Assembly: GCA_051294375.1 (NCBI GenBank)
Contig: CM119268.1
Span: 674,987-738,986, forward strand
DNA: 64,000 nucleotides
DNA from: Paraspadella gotoi
Taxonomy: Eukaryota > Animalia > Chaetognatha
Direction: 5' to 3'
Position 1 is the first letter of the stretch; every line of letters begins with the position of its first letter. Shown here piece after piece: positions 55,739 through 64,000 of this stretch. Position numbers and translations under genes: made by a program. The notes below the pieces were generated by a model that ran no database searches, had not been told where the DNA came from, and saw only the letters and a list, made by a program, of their open reading frames with translations.

Positions 55739-57059
55739 CTCTCTCCCCTTTCTTTCCTTCCTTGTGAATTTATCTTCCTTCCTTTTTCCCCGTTTCTCCA
55801 CTCACCTGGCCATTGAAAGTTGAAACACATGAATACCATTAGCTTCCTTAATAACGTTAGTTATTATGCTAATGGTTAATGTAAATGTAAATTTTGGCAA
55901 GTCGTCCATAGCGAAAGGGACGACGACCGCGATGAAGAAGAAGAAGAAGAAGAAGAAGACGAAAAAGACAAATTAATATATGGAAAAGTCGCAAAGTGGG
56001 CTGAAGAGTGAAGACTACTATCCGTATCTTCCGTGCCCTCTCAGCAGCATTGGAACGGGTACTGGGCTTGGAACCAGGCGAGAGGGTTTTCCAGGTTTTC
56101 CATGGTTGTGAGCTGATGGAATTACTCAGTGAGCCACCGGCTCACGACTGAAGGTTATACTCCCACTACAGTAGTACGTGGATACAGCGTCAAGTGGACT
56201 GAACATTACTATCCAAAACTTCTTTGCCAAGCGTCGCCAGTAATCGATCCTATCTTCGGCCTAAAACCAAGTTTAGAGGTTTTCGAGGCCCCAAAGGCTC
56301 TTTTCAAACGTCCCCTTATTAGGGTTTAATTAAATTTTAATTTTAATTAAATAAACAACTTTTAAAACCTCGATCGTCGCCATTTGTAAAATTAGTCAGA
56401 AAGTGAGGCAACTCAAACAAACATATTTAAGTTAAATATTAAAATATTGTATACTATAATATTAATTATAATTACTTTTTAAATATTAAGTTATTAAGAT
56501 AAACGAACAGAAATGGGGCACTCTCGTAAAAGAGAGCCGCTTCTTTTTCTTAATCTCCAATGACCCATCGAATTTCTTGGAGGAATTTTCCCAGTTGCAA
56601 CTGGAAATTGCCAGAGACCATCTGCTTCCATTGCTTCCTTCCTTTCCATTGAAAAGGTTGTGACTTCAGTTTCTGGTCGTCGAAATATCGACCTCTTGCT
56701 CTCAGGAGACAAAAAATAAAAAGGAAAAATGAAAAGGAGACAAAAAAAAAGAAAAAAAGTAAACTGGACAGACAATAAAAGAAAAATGAAAGAAATGCAA
56801 ACAGCGAAAACAGTTGGTTTTTTGAAGAAAAAAAAACACATTTCTTATTTTGATTTTTTTATCATTTTTAAACGATTTTTTTAAATAATATTTAAATTCA
56901 TGAGATAAAACGTTTTTTCTCCTTTGCTTGTTTATGTTTTGCTTTGTTTTATGTTTTTTTTTGTTTTGCTTTTTATTCCATCTGGTGTTTGGTTTTCATC
57001 TTCCTTTTTCTTTTTTTCTTCGGCAGCTGAGCTGATCACGATTCTGCTCGTAACCAGGA

Positions 57060-57150
<91 letters not shown>

Positions 57151-58153
57151 GCGCGCGCGTTGGAACGTAAGAGAGGTCGTCGTCGTCGTCGTCGTTGTCG
57201 TCGTCGTCGTCGCTATTGATACTTCGGTCGTCGTCGTTGTCGTTGTCGTCGTCGGTGTTGTTGTTGTTGTTATCATTCATTTCATCTCAAGACTTTCTAC
57301 CGTTAGATGTACACAAACAACGACGACGACGACGACGAAGACAACGACGACGCTGACGTCATCAACTGTGACGTCAAAGTTTGACTCTGTCTTTGTCATC
57401 TCTGTCTCTCTCTCTCTGACTCTTTCTCTGTCATCTCTGTCTCTGTCTCTCTCTCTCTCTCTTAACTTGACCACATCATTCACTTTCTCGGTGGACTTAA
57501 ATTTTCTTTTTTCCCAGCAATAATTTATTTAGATAATAATTAAACTATTACTGCACGTACATCAGTACTTATAGAGGCTAAATAGTCAAACGGTCGGTTC
57601 ACCTGTCAGCCAGTCAGCCAAAAAATCAATAAATCAGTGAGTCAATAGGTCAGTCAATTAGTCAGATATTTAGTCGATAAATCTGTCATTTTGTCAGACA
57701 GTCAGTCAATCATTCAGACAGTCAGACGGTCTGTCAAGCAATCAATCAGTTAAACAATCATTCTGCACATCAGTCAAACAAGAAGGGTAATTCCAATGTG
57801 TTGCGCCGCAGTGACTTTATTTTCACATGTATTTCCCTTTGATCGCATGATATGACATGACATGACATGACTAAAAACTTTTTTGACATACACTGCATCA
57901 AAATTCCATCTTTTATTCTTTAAAGTTTTAAGATTTCCTGAAGGCGGCGCTAGCAGTCACTTATATTTGAGGTTTTTTCCTGTCTTAACAAATGAGCAAT
58001 CAACTATTGATAAATTAGTAGGACGGCCGACGGACCGACCGACCGAAAAGTTACTAATAGATCAGTCAGTCAGTCAATCAGATCGACTATTGGTCAATCA
58101 ATTATTGCATCCACTTATTCTCAATCTCCTTATGACTCATTTCGCCGTGAAAG

Positions 58154-58209
<56 letters not shown>

Positions 58210-58569
58210 GTCATTTGCTGAGGCCGATGGTTAATGTAAGGGAGATCCTTTACGATCGCCAAGCACCAAGCACCAAGCTTTTTGTATCTTATATCCTGAG
58301 AGCTTAATATCCCATGTGACCTCGTCGTCGTCGTCGTCGTCGTCGTCGTTAATAGTTATTAACGAAGCTTCAGTTTTTGCTATCGTCGCCATTTCCGTGA
58401 CGGTTTATGTCGTCGTCGTCGTCGTCGTTCGTCGTCTTCTTAGTCGTCGTTTCCGCGTGCTTCGTGGAAAACGTCCGGGTGAAGAGGAGGAGGAGGATGA
58501 GAGGAGAAAGGGAGGAATTAGGGAAGAGAGAGAGAGAGAGAAGGAGAGGAGAGAGAAGAAGAGAGAAGA

Positions 58570-58601
<32 letters not shown>

Positions 58602-58994
58602 TAAAATTGGGTAGAAGGAAATGAGTAAAGGACAAAAGTGGGATGGTCGTCCTCTCCTCAGCCCACTTAGCGGCTTGACACAATACAATCCATTATTATA
58701 ATAATTTCTGTTTACGTTTGATTCTGTGGCATAGCATGCCAAGATGCAGCATTCTAATTTCTAATCATTACTCGACTAAATAAATAAGAGAATGTTTATT
58801 AAGATTTAAAGTATATTTAGCGGCAGTCTCTTTCTGGGGTAGATAATTTAAAGCTATCGCTAATGAAAATACTAATAAATCAAACTTCAATATTAAAATG
58901 AAAAAAAAGAATTTTAAAGGCACATATACGTATAGCATCGTAGGAAAAGGATGTATCGGTATTACGGTTTTAATTAATATTTTAATATTTTTTT

Positions 58995-61900
58995 TCAATT
59001 TTCAACAACAAATCTCTCTTCCACTTTCTCCATCTCCTTTCCTCCATCACCCTTTTCTCTCTCCCTCCTCTTCTCCAGCCCCATCAACATCAAACATCCA
59101 AGAGCAACGGCGCCGGTCGACGTAAACATCGCGACGACAGCGACGCTCGACGGTCGGCGATGGAACCGCGGCGTCGATTCGGTTCCGTAGGCGGCGTCGG
59201 CGTCGAAGGCGCTCAACAACGCCGACAACGCCGCCGGGGTGGCGAGGGCGCTCGCGGAGTGGATGGCCCAGAAGATGCTGGAGACGAAGGTGGCGTCGTT
59301 GTCGTTGATGTTGTTTGAGTCGAAGATTTCGTAAATAATGACCCAACATAAAATATACCATCCTGACAAGAAGGGGAAAATAAATATTTTTGCAAAGATT
59401 TAAATGTTTAATGTTTTATGTTTTAATTACTGATATTTCCGTTTTACCTTGATGACAAAAGCCGAGAGAGGCCGTCAAAAAGGATATCGAATGAAATGAA
59501 TCAACAACGAAAATGAAGAGAAATGAAACTACAAAAATGAAAGAGAGAATCCAGGGAGAAAACGAGAAATTTACGGCGAACTAAAAAAAAAAAACATATT
59601 GAAGAGACAGTTATACTTGTTATGAGTTAGTGATAGAACCGTTCAATATAAGCAAATTATATTAAGCAATATAACGCTTATTAAGCAGTCCTGAGCTTCG
59701 GATCAGGCAGTAAACACGCGTTACAGGCAGGTTTAAGCGCCCCGTCCCTCTTAACTGGAAGGCGACCACCGGGCTAGAACCTTTGGTTGGGAGCGAATGA
59801 CATTTGGCCGCTGATGAAGCGGTTGGTGGATTTTTAGTCCACCATAATATTTACATTAATTATGCGTATTTTCATTTATAACTGGTACAATAAAATGCTA
59901 ATATTGATTGATGCTTAATTTATTCTAAATGCTATCCTGAGCACAAATGACCCTAAACATTTAAAGCGGTACAATATATTTAATAGTTTAATAAGTTAAA
60001 TTTAATTTTCAACCTCATGAAGAGACAGAATAATTGTTGAGTTAGTGATCAGAACCGTTCATATAAGCAGTCCCTGAGCTTTGATCAGGCTGTAAACACA
60101 GTGTTACATGCGGGTTAAGCGCCCGTCGCCTCTTAACTGCTAGGCGACCACCGGGCTATAACCCGCGGAACCGTTGAGCTCAGAGGCGTATGACTAGCCT
60201 CCTCCCCCAATAATTTTAAACCATCAGAATTATTTAATTATATGTGTTTTCGTTCTTATGTGATTTTTTTATATTGTTAGTAACTTAAAATTTATTCTAT
60301 TTCAGATATTGACTAATTCCTCTCTATCACACTGACCTAACGGTCCCCACGACAATAGCGGACCAAAAGAGACAACGCCCACGATTCCCCCTACGCCATA
60401 AAACGACAAAGCAGAAGAGATTTGATGTTGAGCGACGGAATAAGACATAGTCGTAGCGTTGATAGAGAGCGAGACATTGGCAAAGGATTCCGAGAGGAGA
60501 GAAGGCAGAAAGACTCTCAGACCGAAAAGAGAGACGCTTTGAAAAAATGCGTAGATCATGAAAATGAGGAAGAGTCTTCGTTTGAAGAGACGTCTGAAGA
60601 TTTGAAAGGAGTTGAAGTCATTTGTCGAGAGCTGCTTCGCCGAAACACCATCTTCATGAGTCTTGATGATAATGTCGTCGTCGGAATCTTCTCTTGTCTC
60701 GTCAAGCTGCTTGGCCGGTGAAAAGGTCTCAAGCTGATTGGTAGCTGGGCAGTTGTCTTCGAGTTCAATCATGAAAGCAGAGATGATCACCAGAGAAAGC
60801 CACAAGAAAGCAAGCGCGAATAGAGATTTGTTCCAACCAGAACTAAAAATAAAAGAAGGAAAATTTAATTTAAAACTAATTGATGAAATATAAACAAATA
60901 ATATGAATAGTTATATTTATTATCATTATTATTATTATTAGCAACAAAAAAAACTGCTCCATGTATTTTGATGTAAGGGTGGAGTAAAATTAAAACGATC
61001 TTTGAAATGTTATCCCACTTCATCGAGAGAGATGTCAGGTATTCTGGTCGTGAATAAACAAGACTGTGAGAGAGTCTTAATTGAAGTTATGGTGGATTAA
61101 AATTCATCAACCGTTCATAAGCGACCATTGGTGCAGGAGGCAAGTCATTCGCCGGGGTTCTAGCCTGGTGGTCACCTAGAGGGACGTGGCGCTTAACCCG
61201 CCTATAACACAGTGTTACAGCCTGATCCGAATCTCAGGGACTGCTTATATTGAACTGTTCTGTCACTAACTAATAACATTTATTACTGTATCGTCAAAGT
61301 CTTAATTTAAGAGGGATAGATTTGGATGCCTTAACACACCATATACTTTAGCCATATGTCAGGTCTGGGGATTAGAAGGGTTTTGGGATTCCCGGTATTT
61401 GGGGAATTAGAGGGGTTTGGGGGATTAGGGCCTGGCCAAAGTCAGAAGGTAAAATAGCTGTGGGGCGAATCCTGAATTCGCCTCCCGTAAAACTGAGCTC
61501 GCTGGTTAAAGTGTGATGGTGTCAGCATAAACACGCCAGTGACATGGGGTTGATCACTACAGGTCCAAAGCCCTGAGCGCCAGGCTGTCGGGAGATGCCT
61601 CACACCAGGCATCACACACGTCTCCCCGTTGCCATAGCTGATATATTAAGTTAATTGATCTTTGATAATTTTTATACAACTTCATCAATTTCATAAGATA
61701 TAATAACCTGGATGTTATGTAGTCTGCCATTATTGGAAGAATAATCATTCCAGTAGCTCCCCCGCAGTTTGAGATGCCATAAGCCAAAGGCCGATATTTC
61801 TTTGTTGATTTTCCTGTTTAATTTTCCCGAATCTTTAAATATTATTACGAATTTACAATATATGTCAAAAGTAGGGATCAGCCTGATAAGCCAGCGGCAT

Positions 61901-63113
61901 CTTACCAATTATGATTAAGGGCTTTGGACACTCAATGACTGCCAGCTAACACAGGCACGTTCTAACTAGCGCTATGCAGGGATAGCACTCTTCAGTCCAC
62001 TTAGTACCTTATCCACAAATGCCCTTTAAAAGCACAAATTGGTAATTTGTGCTGCATACTCTGGCAAACGGGGAAGAAGCATAGTAACTCTCTCAGGTGA
62101 AACTCTGTGATGTTTCTTAATGTCTAGGTTGTTATTGAATAAAATGAATGATATTACGAACCAACTAGATTCATGATGAACAACAATATGGAGGAGGAAA
62201 CGCAGAAAGGGACAACGCCCAAAAGGATAACGATTTCTATTGAAGATGAAGCCAACAGAGAAGCCAAGACGTAACTGTTAAAGAAAAGCAAATATGTTAC
62301 GCCGTACTGACTGGGGAATTATTTTCAAACCCAATTTATATACTANNNNNNNNNNNNNNNNNNNNNNNNNNNNNNNNNNNNNNNNNNNNNNNNNNNNNNN
62401 NNNNNNNNNNNNNNNNNNNNNNNNNNNNNNNNNNNNNNNNNNNNNNNNNNNNNNNNNNNNNNNNNNNNNNNNNNNNNNNNNNNNNNNNNNNNNNNNNNNN
62501 NNNNNNNNNNNNTCACAATTTTTTTTTTATAAATATTTTCTTATCTTAAAAGAGAGTTTTAAGAAAATCAAGTATTTATTATTATGTGATTGATGGACCA
62601 ACCAAGGTTCCTTGTTATGCCCATTGGAATTGGGCAGCTCACTGTTAGTGTGAGGGGCTTACAACCCTTATTGACGGCACCTGTCACTGTCGCGGTTACA
62701 CTAGGACGGTCTCACTTTGCCAACGCAGAGGTAAGTTGTTAGGACTGTCACTGCGGATAGAACGCTACGCTTGGGATGGTGCATTCTCCCTTTGAGCCAA
62801 TGGGGTTGGCTGAATGCAGCTGGAGGTGAGGCAATGCGAATTTTCCGCCACAACGAGCAGATTAAAAAAAAATCATATTCAACTTATAGAATCCAATAAA
62901 TTACTTTTCCAGTCAATAACCCTAAAATAAAAAATACTCACGCCGAGCAAAGAATCACGCTGAAAACGATCAGCAAGATTTGACCGGAGAATTTGCTGAG
63001 TATCACCGCGTGAAGAGGTGAGAGAACGTTGTATCCGAATCCTAGGCTTTGAATCCAAACGAGATTTGATTGCGAAGTCGAAAATTCATTCATCCAAATC
63101 TCGAAAAATGATC
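58995..63113 (-). CDS. MFS monocarboxylate transporter (SLC16/MCT)-like, partial
   Basis: Phase-consistent exons 63113-62942 (GSFFEIWMNEFSTSQSNLVWIQS), 62274-62162, 61813-61708 (KKYRPLAYGISNCGGATGMIILP), 60842-60337 (GWNKSLFALA...FLIFMIYAFFQS...FLPS) and 59362 to ~58995. The first TM exon and the true 3' end are unresolved. Confidence 0.8.
59600..59846 (-). mobile_element. Family A solo LTR with ATAT TSD
   Basis: ATAT at 59596-59599 and 59847-59850. Another truncated copy at ~60018-60205. Confidence 0.85.
61088..61296 (+). mobile_element. Family A solo LTR with AAGT TSD
   Basis: AAGT at 61084-61087 and 61297-61300. Confidence 0.85.
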
Positions 63114-64000
63114 CTGGAGGAAGAAAAAGATTTGGCGGGAAAATTTATAGATTCTAGAATAATTGACAATTGGTCCGTGGAGTCGGAGGCAAGTCGTTCG
63201 CCTTTGAAACTCGAAGATCTGAAGCTCAAGCCCTGGTGGTCTTTGCTTTGAAATAGCATTGGGACAATGCTCTCGCTCTCTCGCTGACTTTCTTTTTCAT
63301 TTTTTCCATCTCTTTCTCTTTTTTCCATTTCTTCCTATATTTGACTTGATCAATCTCTTTATCAACATACACTANNNNNNNNNNTTTTCTAGACATTGTT
63401 TATATATTTTATTTTTAATCATCCAAATCAAAGAATATAAAATTTAAAAATAAGACAACACAGAAGATACAACTTACAACCCAGAGTTTTTTTTTGTTTT
63501 GTTTTGTTTTTTTGTTTTTTTTACAAAAAACCAGAATCTCAAAGTTTACGATTTAATTTATCTTCGTTAACCACAAATTAAACCATAAAAAACAGTTCAT
63601 AAATGCATTCCACATGAGTATTTTACCTGCTTGCGTTCGCCCGTCCAGATGAACTTTCTTGTAATAAGCAGACAAGCATTATCTGCTCAATGGTCTTGCC
63701 GAAATGGTTTGAAAATATAAAACTGCAGAAAAAATTCGTCGGAATAAATCTTTCGAGCTGATGAAAGTGCTTCACGCGCAGAAATAAATCTTTAAATCGA
63801 GACGACTGTAGTCGATCCAACGCCCATTTTATACATTTTAAGTATTTATTTCGTTGATCCGGGCTCGGGGAAAGTTTTTAAAAAATAAAATAGACAAGTA
63901 ATAAGATTTTATGAAATTGGTACAATCAATATAAAATTTATCCATACATTTAATAAATAGGCTCTCTTGCCCCTGACTTTGGACAGGCTTTGGTGGTTTA

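Noticed and set aside
59600-60205. Second two-LTR TRIM
   Set aside because: The spacer has no PBS or PPT, and the left copy has its own TSD, so these are independent solo LTRs.

Overview
AT-rich, microsatellite-dense invertebrate animal genomic DNA with spliceosomal introns, TTAGGG motifs and several N gaps. Host genes: a C1GALT1-like core-1 beta-1,3-galactosyltransferase (+; four exons, 4608-40847, apparent 30-kb last intron), a synaptotagmin-14-like gene (-; 50292-42646, rest of C2B not found) and an SLC16/MCT-like MFS transporter (-; 63113-58995). The C1GALT1 intron holds a segment (11085-39965) bounded by 36-bp CACGG...CCGTG inverted repeats with a 4-bp TSD (Chapaev/CMC-like). Inside it are an intact six-exon DDD transposase (Sola2-like, one GC-AG intron), an orphan DMXL fragment, Penelope-type hammerhead remnants and a 2-kb telomere-motif foldback. 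Part of this segment may be an assembly mis-join at a 25-N gap. The most notable signal is a complete miniature LTR retrotransposon (1550-3212: LTR-PBS-PPT-LTR, ATAT TSD). Its highly structured LTRs carry a tRNA-like module, as in Helenus TRIMs, and it has many solo LTRs. A second LTR family carries a different, tRNA-Met-like module. Exon structures and family calls were made by eye, with no database searches.
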